The position numbers were made by a program, and so were the translations under genes. The notes under the pieces were generated by a model that ran no database searches, was not told the DNA's origin, and was given only the letters and a program-made list of their open reading frames with translations. DNA of 64,000 nt from Psilocybe cubensis (Eukaryota), in assembly GCA_017499595.2 (NCBI GenBank), contig CM039000.1, positions 3,162,001 through 3,226,000 of the forward strand, written 5' to 3'. Shown here piece by piece: positions 12,675 to 27,657 of the stretch; the stretch's first letter is position 1, and each line of letters opens with the position of its first letter.

Positions 12675-15600
12675 ATGACTACTCCTCCCGCCGATCCCAT
12701 ATCTTCTGCGAATCCCCCACAGCCGCCAGTGCCGCCCCAGCCGCTGCCGCCAACTCCGACGCAGCCAACAGCGAAGCCGACCTCCTCTCACTCAAAGAAA
12801 CCCCGGCAGCGCAAGCGCGCCGTCGACCAGGACGGGAAGCAGAAGAACCAGCAACAACAACCAGACCCAGCTTTGGCCCATTGTGAGTTGCATCCTCCTC
12901 ATCTCGTCTCTTTCTGATGCTGACCACCGACTCTCTCCAGCTGCACCCGTGCCTTCCTATTCCTCCCCTCGCGGCCCCATATTCCAGCCGTATCCTGGCT
13001 CCCCGTATATGATGAATCCCCCATACCCCGTCAATGGCTCTCCATACGGACAACACCCCCAGCATCCCCCGCAGCATGGCCAGCCCATGCCTCCAGGCCA
13101 GCCAGGCATGTCGGGCCCCCCGCCCCAGTATGCATATCCGATGCATCCAAACCCATATACGCATGGATATCCCCAGTATCCGCCGTATCCTCACCAGCCC
13201 ATGATGATGTATCCTCCTCCGCGTCCCGGCATGCCACCTGAAACTCCCCATGCAGAGTCTTCCGCCTCGTTGTCAGCCGCCGGAGGCAAACGCAAGCGAA
13301 AGCAAGATGGTGGCGGACGCGGCAAGGGCGCCGATCGCGGCTCAGACGACGAGACTGCCGCGTCGGGCAGCGATGCCCCCCGCCAGACCGCTGCCCAGCA
13401 ACAGCAGCAGCAGGCCGAGCTCAAAAAGCGTACAAAGACGGTCCGTACCATTCTTAGTGGCTTTGTGTCTCAGTCGCGTTTTGTGCTCATGATTTTGGTA
13501 TCTAGCAACGCGCCTGCGATTCGTGTCGTAGTCGCAAAATCCGTTGTGATGTTATTGCTGACTCGGTGAGTGACGCGTCTTTTTTTGTTTGTTCGTTTCG
13601 GTTATCTCACTCATGTAACTTTTGCAGGAGCCGCCTATCTGTCAGCACTGCAAGCAATATGGCTTCGAATGCACGTTCTTCCTTCCGATCACGGAAACAC
13701 GCTTCAAGAAAAAGAAACTTGAAGAAGAAGCCGCAGAGAAGGACAAAGCAGCCTCTGGAGCGGACGCCTCCAAAACAGGCCCTTCTCAGAATGATTCCCA
13801 AACGAAACGCGATATCGGTGTTTTCGGTATGTCACCCAATTCCAATCCTATCTTTTCCACTTTCTTCTTAGTTCGGCCTTACATGACGTCTTAGGGCCTA
13901 CCTCTCCTGCACACCTTTTGCATTCTCAAGCTACCATCAATCCTCGCGTCTACGAAAACTACGACCTACGGTACCACCATACATTCGAGGTAACCAAGTC
14001 CGGCGATGGCCTCATTCAAGTCCAGAAGCCAGCAAATAATGACGATCAGCATCACATCCACGCGAAGCAATTGGATCTGCACATTGAACGCGACGTCATC
14101 GAGACTCTATTAAACGCATACTTTGCTGACGTTGCACCTATCCTGCCAATCGTCACAGAAGCCGAATTTCTTGCCTCGCCGAATCCGCCGCCGGTCTTGG
14201 TATATTCCATGTGCCTGGTGGCCGCGGCCAGGCGAGAAGTACCGCAGAAGGTGTTCGACTCTATTCGATATGCAGTCAACAGCATTATCAAGGCGGAGGA
14301 CGTTCTTTCAACGGCGAGCATTGTCAATGTGCAAGCGTTGCTCATTTTGTGCATGACAGGTGACTGCCATTCTCAGTTTGTGCCCAACGCACTATCAGCC
14401 TTGTGGATCCGTCTGGGTACTGCTATTCGAATGGTAAGTGTGAATGAGCTAAATCCCTCGTGGAAGTTGTCTAAAGCTGCGTAGGCCCAAGATCTAGGTC
14501 TGCATCGAGCAGAGTCCGTAAAATCGAACATTGAATTGAGACGGCGCCTCTGGGGCGCCTGTCTCATATGCGATCGATGGTAAACTTTTGATGTCCATCA
14601 TTCAGTTCCAATCAATGGTTAAGAATGACGATTACAGGGCCAGCATTGCATACGGGCACCCGTACATGATTGATGTGCAGGATTGCGACGCACGCCTGCC
14701 CTCTTCGGGAGATTCTACGGACCTCTATATGGATGAACTTGTGAGGTTGAGCATCCTTCTTGGGCGTGTCCAAAAATCTATCTATAGGTTCGGTGATTGT
14801 AGTCTTTTAATATGTGGTCTTCTAAAACTCTCTTCTAGTCCCTCCGGGTTGACATTTATGACGGATGAGATTCTGTATGAACTGCTTGCGGACATCCAGC
14901 GATGGAAAGAAGGTTTACCCGAACAACTCCAATTCCGAGGACCAAACACACCTCGTCCTGCTGGTAAGGCATTTTCGTTGATATCACCAAGTGCGGGATT
15001 AATCATGGGAAAACTTTAGGTCTTTTGCATTTGTTGTATTGCTGCGTGTGCATGATGTTCTGGCGCGTCTTCATGCGCATCAGTTATTCTTGTCCCGCCC
15101 ACCTTAAATTCGGACTGACGGTCGAACAGTGGACCAATCTCGTCAAGATGACGGCCGAATCTATCGATTGGTTGGATGCAAATGAGCGTGTGTATGATGT
15201 TTGGTTGCTCGTTGCCTACGCTGCGACGTCCTGTGCCCTCGTTCAGGTGAGATCCAAATACATTTATCAAACGAAAATAGTGCAGCTGATGTAAATGGAA
15301 TGATTAGTACCACACATGTATTCGTCGTAAGGATGAGGATGCGCAGGCATCACTGTGCAAGCTGCGTGATTGTGTGCGCCGATGGGAAGGCTCGATTTCA
15401 CCGGACCATATGTCTGCTAGACGCAAGGCTGGTTTTCTTTTTGTTTATTTTTGCAAGGCACAGCGCCTCTATGAAATATTTGCTAATCGTCCTGATGTTT
15501 TAGACCGCTGAGATCATTGCTTTACTCTATGAAGCCACTCGAGACCCACAAATGCCTATGGAAGGCGCCGCCCTCAACCCTACAGGGGGCGTCAAAGTCA

Positions 15601-16447
15601 GACCGCCGGTTATGCTGGATTACAAGAAGGACCCTACCCGCCCAGGAGGAGGAGTCTTTATTGCCCACGGGAAAGTCGGCGAACTAAAGGATGTTCCTGA
15701 GGGTACTATCATCAGCGGGTCCTCAGAGGAGGACGCTGCCGGTGACTCTGAAGGTGAGGTAGCGTCGCTAGTGGCAACTGCTGCTGCGGCTTCGTCCGTT
15801 TCTCTCCCCGCTGCGAACTATAATGACCGAACTCGCGCCTATTTGTCTTCGCCCTCTCCCTTTGCGCCTCACCCTTCCTCTATCGTCGCCCCTGATCATA
15901 ATCGAAATGTTATGCAAAACAATCGTTCGAATATGATGTCCGGTGTGGAATTCGGTGGCGCCGGAATTATGACGCCGGTTTCTGCGGTTCGCTCGCCGAT
16001 AGATCCTCAGCAACAACAGGCAATGGTCGGCGGCCCCAATGCGACGCCTTTGGTTAACCTTACACCGCTCACGGCGGGATCGAGGACAGGCAACTATATG
16101 AACGTCAATCCAGCAATGAACCAGGCACAGCAAACTGGCTCTGAGAATGTCCAGGTCATGAATGTCCTGGATGGTGCTCAAGGAAATACAAGTTTGCTCA
16201 ATTTAGCCATGGCGGATACTGGCTACTTGGAAGGTATTCCTGGTGGTATGTTTGATTGGGGTATGTGTTTTTGCTGTTGTTGCGGAAGGAGTTTGGATTG
16301 CTTATTCATGGATTTGTAGGTCAATGGGATACTTTCTTCTCCAGACTTAGTGGGAACGGACAAACTGGACACCTCGGATTCCAACAGCCACAACAGCAAA
16401 ATCAACAACAGCAACAGCAACAGCAAGGGCAGCGACCTTCTGCTTGA
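12675..16447 (+). CDS. Zn(II)2Cys6 fungal transcription factor with fungal-specific TF middle domain, multi-exon
   Basis: Spliced KRTKT|QRACDSCRSRKIRCDVIADS|EPPICQHCKQYGFECTF; WIRLGTAIRM|AQDLGLHRAES...ELRRRLWGACLICDRW; Pro/Gln-rich termini. Confidence 0.93.
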
Positions 16448-16996
16448 TGAACCTAGCAAAATAATATTCCCGGCAGCATGCCTCGAGTCATTGGTGTGCT
16501 CATGGTGAGGGAAGGCTGAAAAATTGAAAATGAAATTGTATATTTTTTCTTCTGACTCTATTCTTGATTCTTCTTCCGATTTGTACTTTCGACTTACCAG
16601 AATCACGTATTTCGCTTTGTCTTGTGTATCGTTATCGTACTAGTAACTCTACAGCAAACAGCTGTTTGCACTGGCCGCTTCGTTAGATACTGTGTGCTTT
16701 CTCACTACGAGTTTATTTCTTCTCTCTTTGTTTATATCTCTCTCCTCTTATCTATTCAACATGGAATGTTGACTTTCTTGCCCACCTTGAGCAAAGTTGT
16801 GGACGCAAACTGAGAAGACGACGTCAAGCCAATCAGACGCCCGCGTGAGAAAGATCTGCGATCTGTCCCGCTAAGGAAGGAAGCCCGAAATGGAAAGCCT
16901 TCGACGTCAGAGCCAATTTGGTGCATGGTTAGCCGATACCAAGCTCACGGGGCAAACTGGCGCACCACTACTTTATCTCAGGTACCACCACCGCCG

Positions 16997-19900
16997 ATGA
17001 AGCGGTTCTTTGAGAGGGCATCGAAGCCTTTCTCATTGCCAAATGCATCCAAAGCGAACGATGCTGCAGAGACAGCATCTGCGCCAGCACCAGCACCAGC
17101 GACGGCGGCGACGAGTGCTAGTACAGGGCCCAGTGCCAAGTTACCATCTAGCAACCATGCAAATCTGCCCGGGACGACTGGTACCACCGGGCTTCACCCA
17201 AGATATACGCTGCCTGCAGTAGCTCATCCGTGTCCGCACAGCCATCTCGCGCTGCTGGCCACCAAGGATGGACTGCTGATTCGACCGCATGTAAAGGGTC
17301 AAGCGACAATAGCTCAATCGGCATATATCAAAATATCGTGGGGGAAGACCATCCGGATCGAGGAGATTGAGACCGTTGTTGGAGATGGGGCAGAGGAGAC
17401 GGTGGATTGGAAAGATGGTGTTGTGGTTTATGGGATCGTTGGGATATTGGAGCTCTATTCATGTGCGTGCTGATATATATTTTTCTTTGGAAAGGCATAG
17501 CTGATTAGAATTTTCTATAGGCTCGTATCTGCTGGTTATCACTTCACGCACTGAAGTCGGGCATAGTGAGTAATGGATGTTTATATCACGCGTCAGAGAT
17601 GTAACCCTTCTCATGCAGTCATCGACCCTCGACATGAAGTTTATGGAGTCAAGGGCGTTACTGACATTCCTCTGGTGGAGGACCGTGCCAAAATGGCTTT
17701 GAACACTCTGGCAGCCAGAAATGTTGCCCTTACACGACCATCTCTAATTCCAAGGCGTCAAGGTACCGACGTCAGTGTTGATGTCGATGATGATCAGAAC
17801 AGCAAGCCTGATCCTGAAAGCTCTACTAAACCCTCACCTCGCGTTCAATTTCTTTCAAATCCGGCCATTAAATTTTTGACACCCAAGGCACTATCAAGCA
17901 CAAATCTTGACGCCGGAAACTCGATAGCGCGTCCTTCATCTGCGCAATCGACTGTCTCGGATATTTCTACTCCAAGCTCAGAGGCCTCTGTCGCTACATC
18001 GCCGGTTATCAAGACATTGGCTTCGCGACTTTCGTTCTGGAGTAGGCTTTCGAAAAGGACGAATTCTCCTATAGATGCAAATTTTCCACCAATCGAGCCA
18101 ATGTCTCTTACCGAGGAACAGGAAGTCCTCGATAACCTAATGCAAGACGGGAAGGAAGAGCCTGCTGCAGTGATCGAGAGCATCCTTTCTTCGACTGCTC
18201 CTCCTCCGGTTACTACAGAAGAACGACATTCAGAACTAGAAACCAAAGTGATTCGCGAAACTATCAGAGAGTTTACGAAAGGCGACATGTACTTTGCGTA
18301 CACTTTCGGTATTTTCATTTATTTTCTCATAGGTAATTATTTAACCAACGCAGAGCGTAGATCTCACCCGATCTTTGCAACATAAGCAAGAACAATTTTT
18401 GAAGGCACAGAAGCAGCATGATCTCCTGGCTGGCCTTGGTGCCCTTCCAAGTCCAGAGAACCAATCCCATGTTCCTCTGAGTCCAATGGACGGAAAATTC
18501 CTGGCTTTAGTCGAACCTTACCCCTCACTTCCTCTGTGGAGACGAGTCGATAAACAATTTTGGTGGAATGAATGGATGTCAAAACCCTTCATAGATGCTG
18601 GTGTGCGTTAAAGATATGTTTGACGCGTGATCTCCTGTTCTGACTTCTTTGAATAGTTACATACATATGTTCTTCCCATCATGCAAGGATACTGCCAGGT
18701 CACTAAATTTAATATCCCATCGAGTCCAGTCACCGTGGAGGAAGACGTCGACGTAGATTACATCCTCGTGTCACGAAGATCTAGGTATCGGCCAGGTTTG
18801 AGGTATCAGCGACGTGGTATTGATGAGGGAGCACACGTGGCCAACTTTGTGGAGACAGAAACTATTATGAGAGTCGACGTAAGCGCTCTCAAATCTCTTG
18901 TCAAAATGGCCTATTCACTCGTATTCATCATCAGAGAGAACAAAAGGAAAATATATTCGCTTATGTCCAAATCAGAGGCTCAAGTCTGGATCTCGTCCAC
19001 AATATTTAAAGCTTCTGAGAAAAGCTGACCACACTACAGTACCGCTGTTTTGGACCCAAAGTGGATATGGATTGAAGCCTCCTCCCGTGCTCGCTGCTGA
19101 CAGGACACATACCCAGAATATGCAGGCACTCAAGAAGCACTTCTTGAATACAATACCTGTTTATGGACCACACGTTTGTCCATCCCTGTGCCACTTTTGT
19201 ATCTACCTCTAGATGCTGATTTTTTTAATTTGCTTACAGACTGTCGTCAATCTTGCGGAGCAAGCGGGAAAAGAAGGCGCCATAACTCAAGCCTACAGAA
19301 ATTATATGCATGAGTTAAATCTGAAAGAGGCAACGTCAGTTCAATATATTGACCTCCTGAGTAATTGGACTGATTCGTTAATTCGATTATGTCAGATACT
19401 GCGAGTACGATTTCCATACAGAAACAAAGGGAATGAAGTGAATTGTTTGTTATTGTGCCGGGTATTTGGCTTACTGATTATGATGGATTTAAAGGTACGA
19501 AAATATATCAACCTTGATTGAAAGCATGGAAAGGACGTTCGAGAGTCAAGGGTGCATCTATGTCTTTCTGTGAAATTGAACACTACTCTGACAAAACTTA
19601 TCCCACCTCCAGATATTTCTGGGTCTCGGACAATGTCGTTTTCTCGCAGCAAAAGGGTGTTTTCCGTGTAAATTGTATCGACTGCTTGGATAGGACCAAT
19701 GTCGTACAAGTATGAGTTTTATTATCGACCTCGCACGTAAAGGTTCTAAAGTACCATTTCAACGATAGTCTGCCTTTGCAAGATACATGCTCAATAAACA
19801 ACTGGGTGCTGTCGCATTGCTCAATCCTTCAAATTCGGGAAGGACGGATGCTGATCTTGCTTTCAACGATGGTATATATCATCAGATCGTCTAATTCCAG

Positions 19901-21443
19901 TGCTGATACTCTGGTAGTGTGGGCTAATAATGGCGATGCTATCAGCAGAGCTTAGTGAGTCTTTACTTCTTCTTTGACATCGTTATTTGGCTCTGAATTC
20001 AGCAGTGCTGGAACATCTGCCTTGAAGGTTTGTTTTTTTTTTAACTGCAGTTCGGGTATAACAATGGCTAATACTGTGTTATCAGGGTGATTTTACAAGG
20101 TATGATGTCGTTAAAATGGATTCTGTTCAAAGTTCATATTTGATATAAATCAGAACTGGAAAGCGAGATCTCACTGGCATGCTGAATGACGGAGTCAATT
20201 CTCTCGCAAGGTTGAGTCAATTACCCCTATACCCCATGAGCATTTGATATTCAATTCGAATCCTAGAATGTACACATCAACATTTAGTGATTGGTTTAGC
20301 CAGGCTGTCATCGATTTTATGCTCGGCAATCGGACGACTTCTGTGTTTTCAGAGTTTTTGCTCCAATTAAAGTCGACGGATCCGAGGGACCTCATTCGGC
20401 TCTCAAAAATACGTGCAGAGGCAATTGCTACCTCAGTCTCCAGAGTGCTACCAGAAGGGGAAAGATTGCTGTCTGGATGGACGCTATTTTCACCGGAAGA
20501 GTTGAATACTAAAGTTGGCATGAAGTTCGAAGAGAAGGTTTTGTTGTTGTCAGTGAAAGCCCTTTACATTGTCGTCAGTCATTCCCCTCGACCACTCTAC
20601 GTTTGATGTAACTGATGGATTTTAGAGCTATGATTATACCCTGGAGAAAGTCAAACTCTATACCCGTGTCCCTTTGGGAGACATCATAAGCATCACCAAA
20701 GGTGATAACTCGTTTGATATCTTTATTTTTGGAGTATCGGTACTGAATGTCTTCACTGCGTAGGCGCATATATTCTTTCACCGCTAGAAGAATCCAGCTG
20801 TGACCCGGAACAGAATGCAGGTTTTGTGGTGACTTGGCTGAGCTCTAATCAAGAATCTCGTGTCACAAGCTACTCTGTGCGGAACAGTCTGGATTTCTCG
20901 AACAGAAACGGTCCTCCATCGCCACTTGGCCCACCGTCACCTTCATCTCCTGGATTCCCGTTAGGCAACAAGCCAGCTCGAGGGAGGAGCAACACGATGC
21001 CTACTGCTTCACTGTCGAACATTCTTACTGGGAATGTGTCCTTCAGCACCGCAGGTGCGTCTGGAACAGTGAATTTTGGAGCCTTCAAAGTGCTACCAAT
21101 CGATCCTGGGCGGGTAAGAAGGCACTCAAGCTATGGAAGTGAAGCGAGTGATGGAGGCGGGGGCATGTCGGACGAGATGAGAGGAGCTGCCACTTGTCGT
21201 GAAGCGGTTGATCTGATCGTGGAGAGGATTGAGAGAGCTTGCGGAGATGTTGGAGGTGCGCAAGGAAAGAATTTCATCGTTTTGGAGGACGTCGTTAGGT
21301 GTGTAATTAAATTGAAAACCAAGACGCTGTTGCTGTTTCTCATATTTTTGTTTTCATGCAGTCTTGCCGAAGCTCAGCGGATGACAAGTGTATATGCTAA
21401 GATGGAGTACGGAGTCAAGAGGCTACTCTGGCTTGGAGGTTGA
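16997..21443 (+). CDS. SAC-domain phosphoinositide phosphatase, Sac2/INPP5F-like (C-terminal hSac2-type domain), many exons including microexons
   Basis: [30 protein letters not shown]; catalytic [15 protein letters not shown] (CX5RT); [51 protein letters not shown]. An upstream in-frame ATG at 16925 is an alternative start. Confidence 0.9.
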
Positions 21444-21574
21444 ACCATGGTTATTATTTTATCGGTATTTAGGATGTACTACATACCTCACATCATATCG
21501 TTCAGACATCTTAAATACTAAAATCATATAATACCGGCCTTTCCAACTACGCATCAATCGAGTGCAACAATTTC

Positions 21575-24361
21575 CTACTCGGCATCGCCGACATCGAAGT
21601 AAGTCCTCAGCACATGGTCTGCTTTTCGGCCTGTGTGCTTGATAAAACCCAGGTAGTCAAGCTCGTGCAACGCTCGCACAAATCTAGCTTGGACTTCCAA
21701 GTTCCATTTCTCTTCCTCTTCTGCTGTCATGGCCTTTGGCGTCTCCTGCTTTTCTACAGGTTGCATTTTGGACTTTTGTCCCCTCCGTTTTTTAGGGGTG
21801 GCCGGTTCCTGAACTTGAAGGTCCTGGATTTTCTCACGTTGTGTATCAAGGACTGTCTTGAACGACTCGAACCAGTCATATACATTTATCATCCTTCCGC
21901 TGTCCAGATATCTCTTGAAAAGGATGCTGGTGTCGGGTAGTTCCCATATTGCCTTTTCAGGTGGGGGCTCCTTCAGAGGAATGGAAAAGTCGACGGCAAA
22001 GTCGTGGGGCCGCAGCAGTCCAGACATCATAGAAGCTCGTATTGAAGGATTTAATAGCTATATTAAGAAACAGTCAGATCTTTCTGCGACAACGTAAGAA
22101 GAGGAAACATACCTCTGACGAGAAGGGCGTGTGGCCCGTGTACCAAACATCCCATAACTCGCAATCCTCCAGAGGTCTGAGTCTCGAGCTGATAACCAGT
22201 TCAAATAAATTGCGCATGATAAATAGATAAAATGTACCTTAGATACTCCGTCAGCCATTCACTGAATGGCACTGCTATCTCAGAAAGACTTCCTGTATCA
22301 TTTCCTACTGAGCGGAGTCCTGTTTTCCAGCTCACAACCTTCGTTCGGTCTTTGGAAATGTCTTCAACTTCTGAGTTGGCCTCGAAGAAACTATGTAGAA
22401 TTTGGAGCAGATCTTGCAGTTCTTTTCTTTTGGATTTTCTATACAAGAAATCTATAATCTGTTTTCTAATGCAACAATGTTTACACACCTGACAATCAGG
22501 GATAGGCTTTTGATGTATGGTTGAACGTCTCCATGCATCACATTAAGCATAGGCTTGAATAAATTCGTCCATTTAGGTTCAGATCCTGGTTTTCTATCCC
22601 CAGACCAATCGAGGCCCTTGTATCCTTGATCTTCGAGATATGTTTGAATGTGGACCATCAAGGTGAAGGCCATTCGTATTCCATTATAGCGGGAATGGTA
22701 ATTCTTGCGGGCGTTGTGCAATTTCTTAGTGATTGTTCGAATTTCGGCAGGTGTGAAAGGCTTTTGTCTTGTGTTTTCGTGGTTAGCGTTTGCAAACGGG
22801 AGTTTCAACCGTATAGCAAGCGAATTCACAAATTCAGACGATCCAGGATCCGATAAAATGTCCAAGGATGGTGTGTCATGAACCAGGACGGCCAGTGGAT
22901 CTGAGGTAAAGTGTTTTAGATGAACCAGCTATCAAATTTTATCTCAGCAAACAAACTTCAGTATAAGAGGTCAAAGATACTTGTAGAATCGTGAGAATTG
23001 CATCAGCAAAGGAGTTATATCTCGTGAAGTGATCTTGGATGTATTCGAGTACGATGGGCCCGACCATGATATCAGGTTCAAACGTAGGGCAGAAGAAGGT
23101 CTAAAGAAAAGGTTTGATATGAGGCGCATGGTGTGGTATTGAGATACCTACGCGCCTTTAGAAGGATCTCTCGTAAAATAACGGATCCGCTAGGTGGCGC
23201 AAATTTTCGAACTCGTAGAAGGGCCATTGTTGCTCGAGAATACGTGTCATTAAGATAGTTCGTGGAGGGAGAAGACATGGAAAGTAAAAATACGACTGGA
23301 AGCTCCTTGACATGCGCACTTGAGTCATTAAATTAGATAAAGATATTTCAGCAGTATTTTAGTCTACCTGAAAATGTGAAAAACATCTTGCATGACAGCT
23401 GGGTCGAACTGTTCAAAATCATGGAGGACGATGACGAGGTTGGAGGGTGTTCCTGCTAGCAGTTCAGCACCTGCAAGCCGTTTAGAACATCAAAAGCTAC
23501 TAACCTGAAGTTTTCACCAAAGCCTTGTGCCACGCTGCAAGGAGCTTCACATCATAATTAGCAAGCGAAGTCGCAGGTTTGTGGTTCCCTAGAAGACAGA
23601 TTTCTTCAATTGCTGAATCACAACACGGAGAATATGGTAACATACCTCTCTCTAGATCCGTATTATCCATAAATCCCGCTATAATAGATTTCATCCCTAC
23701 CATGATGTTTGGAAAATCTGCTGGGTAAAGATGAATGACTAAACAATGAACTTGATCGACTGGTGAAGCTACGGATTCCTGGCTTTCGAGAAGAGGCATA
23801 ATGCTGGTAAGAAACGAAATTCCAAGCGAGGGATCTAGTGAAGTGTTTAAGCTATAAACGTGAGGTAACTATTGTGCCACATACTGATTAATGATATAAC
23901 TGGGAGCTCCGCATAAGGCAACCCTGGAAGAGGATTGTTGTATGACGTCTTCACTTCTTTGACTACGCTGTGCGCAGATGCGCTTTGTAGTTCATGGATA
24001 ATTTCCTGATAGAATATAACCAATCAGTATAAAGCTTGGTAAAACGATGAGCTACTCACCTGCACACGGTCAAGGCATTTCTTCCATGCAACTTTGTAAG
24101 CCTGAAACCTTAGCTCGCACCCATTCTCCAGGTCTCGATCGGTAAAAGAAGAGGGAGGTAGCCCTGTATCCGTTTCAGCGGTGCCTAGATGTAGCCGTCA
24201 GAGACAGTGACTTTCAGCAAGAACCAGTGACATGCCGTCGGGATTGAATGGAATGCAGAAGGCGGTCTATGTCAGAGTTAGAACATGATGTTATTAGTAT
24301 TTGATAAAAAAGTGAATACCTTGTTAACATCGTCAAGATTAGGTATTAATACATCCGGCAT
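21575..24361 (-). CDS. ORC3: Origin recognition complex subunit 3, multi-exon
   Basis: C-terminal INVYDWFESF...QARFVRALHELDYLGFIKHTGRKADHV; internal LVIVLHDFEQFDPAVMQDVF; N-terminal LRFQAYKVAWKKCLDRV and LPGLPYAELPV. Confidence 0.9.
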
Positions 24362-24590
24362 ATCGTCGGTTCAGGTTCGATGCGAGTTTGTTTATGAATA
24401 ATGGTCGATCCGAGGCCTAAACTCGAGGCACTGCAAGGCTATACTAAATCTTTCGGGTGAAATTCTGAAAAGTAACGCCATAATGGTGAATACGAGCTTA
24501 TCCAGAAATGTTAATCACAATTTCCACTAACGGATGAACGTTGAGGTGAGTCGGAAGTCGAAGTAAGGTTCAAGTAAGTTGGAAGCCCGG

Positions 24591-24596
24591 ACGCGT
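24591..24596. promoter_or_regulatory. Possible MluI cell-cycle box (ACGCGT) upstream of ORC3
   Basis: Single ACGCGT ~230 bp upstream of a replication gene; could be chance. Confidence 0.3.
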
Positions 24597-24914
24597 CGAT
24601 CATTTGGAGGATACCCCAACATCAATACACGCTCACGTGCAATATATTCTATATACTAGTGTGACTTCAAGCAACTACTACTAATACTACTTCCCAACTC
24701 CATCACGCTTTTCCAGCATCCCAACCACAATCATATAACTTCTGACGTTTTGACCCTCTTTACTCAGCCTCTCTTAACTATTCAAGCCTATTCACACTCC
24801 CTTCATCAAGTTACGTCTCTTTTTGGAAGCAATTTGATTTATTAACTCCCATTTTCTCTACTCGCTAGTAGCATGCTCTACTACAAGCGGAACTGCTTCC
24901 CCTATAAAATACCG

Positions 24915-25634
24915 CACAGGCGGAGTTGTCCACCTGGACATCAGCGAAAATAGTCTGACGAATTATCAACCTGGTGTTAAAGACAACAATTACAGTAAGC
25001 GTCCCGATAACTCGAACTCTGCTCCAAGGAATGGGTCAAGAACCATGGTGAACTCCCTCCCGCAAGAGGAATCCCTCAATGACTTCGGTATGGCTGCGGT
25101 GTTAAATCCCGACGGCAGTATTGACCCAACCAGCACATCTCATCACCACCTTACTGGAACACTTCCTTTTATGGCTCTCGATGCATTACAACCTCCTCTT
25201 TCGAAAACACCGCCGGATCCATCGAACGTCCATCATTATCACTATGATCTGGAATCACTCTTCTACATTTCGATATGGGCCGCTACCCTATATGATCTCG
25301 AAGGTGGTCATCGGATTGCTCCCAAGGAAAATTTCTTGTTCAGCGGTGGAGTATGGGGGGTGAAGTTTCCATCTGTGACGCCAAATTATCTCTTCATTCG
25401 CGCGACCTAGCACCATATGAAGTTGATGTCCGTCCAGAATGGAAGGATCTTTGGATCAAATGGGTCAAACCGCTTTCTAGGATATTTCATGATGGCTTCT
25501 ATGTTCTTGCAAATGCTCGTTCTGATAACTTGCAGGAGTTTGACTACACTACTTGCAATGGCCACATAACCTTCGAGAAATTTATGGTCGCAATCAAGGA
25601 GACTCCTCGTGGCTTAACAAAGCACACAAGCTGA
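24915..25634 (+). pseudogene. FunK1 (fungal-specific protein kinase) C-lobe relic
   Basis: GVVHLDISENSL (degenerate HRDISxNN), LNDFGMA, TGTLPFMALDAL, HYHYDLESLFYISIW; frameshift near 25350; no N-lobe seen. Confidence 0.8.
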
Positions 25635-25895
25635 CTCTATATACTTCAAAATTACACTCTTCACTGCGGTCCCCACACTTTGTAGCATTTGGTGCATAAT
25701 GGCAAATGAACTCAATCATACATTACACAAACAGAATACAAATTCAATATTTATCATGATGTGAAAATGATGTTACAGTTCTTTGCTAGGATAGTCAATT
25801 CAATCCATTGAACATTATATGGTTTTGAAGTTGCAAGTGTCAAATAGCTATTCTCCACCTGGTCTGTGAAAGCAGAAAGCACCTTGTTTCCCAAC

Positions 25896-27657
25896 TTATA
25901 TCCCGTAATAATCATCATACGAATATCGACTAAGACCATTTACCTCGCGCAAATCCCATACACCCCTTTCATCTCTGTACCAGGAAAAGTGTATGTGCTC
26001 GGGTTCTGGAGAACTCATCAGCTTTACTTCACGCAGTGATGGGTAGATACAGGAAACTGCGTTGAAGATAGACTTCGCCATGGTGAAGGTGTACACCCGC
26101 TCGTCTTTGGCTTCAGTGCTGAGCAAATTTTGTCGTTGAACTTCCTCCAAGACAACGTGGTTAAACATCATCCGGATGTATTCCCAACCATTCCCAAAAT
26201 GGGGGTGCAGTAAACTTATCACCTTCAGATTTGCTGGTAAGTGTATCACACGCACTGCTATTGAGTACATGAGTGTCTTGGTTATAAAAATAAATACATT
26301 AATTGATCGTCACGACTGATCAGGGTAGCAATATACACACCATGTATGGTAGATGTTGAACCGATGGCAAAAAAAATCTTGATTGTTGATCAGCAAGATT
26401 TTGTGAGTGTTTTATTGTGTCATCAAAATACACTTCATCTTTTGATATAAAACCTTTGTCAGGAGAGTCGCCAACCATGTCGATTTCTTGTTTGAGGTTC
26501 AGCAAAACCGATGAGATATTGGGGGTATGAGAAGCAATAGTGTCCAGAAGGCCATTCTCTAGAACATAGTCCTCGAGTCCTAAGTGTTTAATTGGAATTA
26601 TGCTTGCTGCGAGACGAGCAAGTAGCATGTTTAATTCCTCTGGTCTTCGATCGAGAATATTGTTCTTGCCGCTGTGCCATAACCTACACCTAGCCTCAAC
26701 ATTTATATGCTGAACTGGCCTTCCAGGAACTATCATCTTTGCCAGCTCCTCAACGCCTGAGAATGACCTCAATTGGGGCAGAGCAGAGCTAGGAAGTCTG
26801 GGGAGCACCTCTGGAACAGACACACCGGAGCTCCGTAACCTTGAACTGCTTTTAACCAAAGACACACGCAGGGATTCGAGATTCGGGCTAGACACCAGGA
26901 AAGCAACAAGGGTTTTAAGTTCTTTTGGATCGAGCTCGAGACGAATGGATTTGAGAAGAGCGTTATTATTTTGCTGGGTCAGTGATCGCATTATCTTGGG
27001 GGAGTAAACGCGAGACAATATAGTCAAATCCTCGAGTCGTTCACCGGAAAAAACATCGAGAACCGTTGCAGCTTTCTTTGAGTCGTAATCAGAGACATTA
27101 TTGAATATACCCAGCTTCCGAACCCGTATGCGTGTGCCGTTGGACAGATCGAGCATTCCAAACTTGGCAGACCCCATACCAAGTTCAGTGAGATCAGGAA
27201 GCTCCGCCAGCGCAACCAGTAATGCCTTATCAATGTTCCGATTGCTCACGATGTAGACTTCCCGTAAGTTGGTGAATCGTGGGAATAATTTGACACAGAG
27301 GTTGGTGAACATGGACCGAAGATACTTGACGTCCGCGACTGTAGGTTCCCAGGCACGAAAGTTATCTTCGTTGTAGGACAGAGTCAACTTTCTGACTAAC
27401 GGCGCATGTACGCTGCTTTTCGACAGAGCAAGTGAATGCATTAAAGCTCGGAGATCCTGTTCTTGATTTGGAATACATGGGTCAACGTGGAGCAGCACAC
27501 ACTCCTTCTTGAAGACAAGAGGAAGGCACATTTCACGGAAGAATTTACATGTTTGCATCATGTTCCTTTGCACAGTGAGGTCCATATGGCTAAGGCATTC
27601 ACTCCATGTCTCCGTAGCCACGTTCTCAATGGCGGACGAGGGGTTGCTTGTTAGCAT
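25896..27657 (-). CDS. F-box-like / RNI-type LRR protein (paralog 1); intron ~26277-26340
   Basis: N-terminal IENVATETWSECLSHM...MMQTCKFFREMCLPLVFK; LRR-like FTNLREVYI, LPDLTELGM, SPNLESLRV, LPQLRSFSG. Confidence 0.8.

Noticed and set aside
19918-20099. Microexons of 37, 22 and 14 nt in the SAC phosphatase
   Set aside because: Probably real but ordinary for Agaricomycete genes; flanking introns are normal length.
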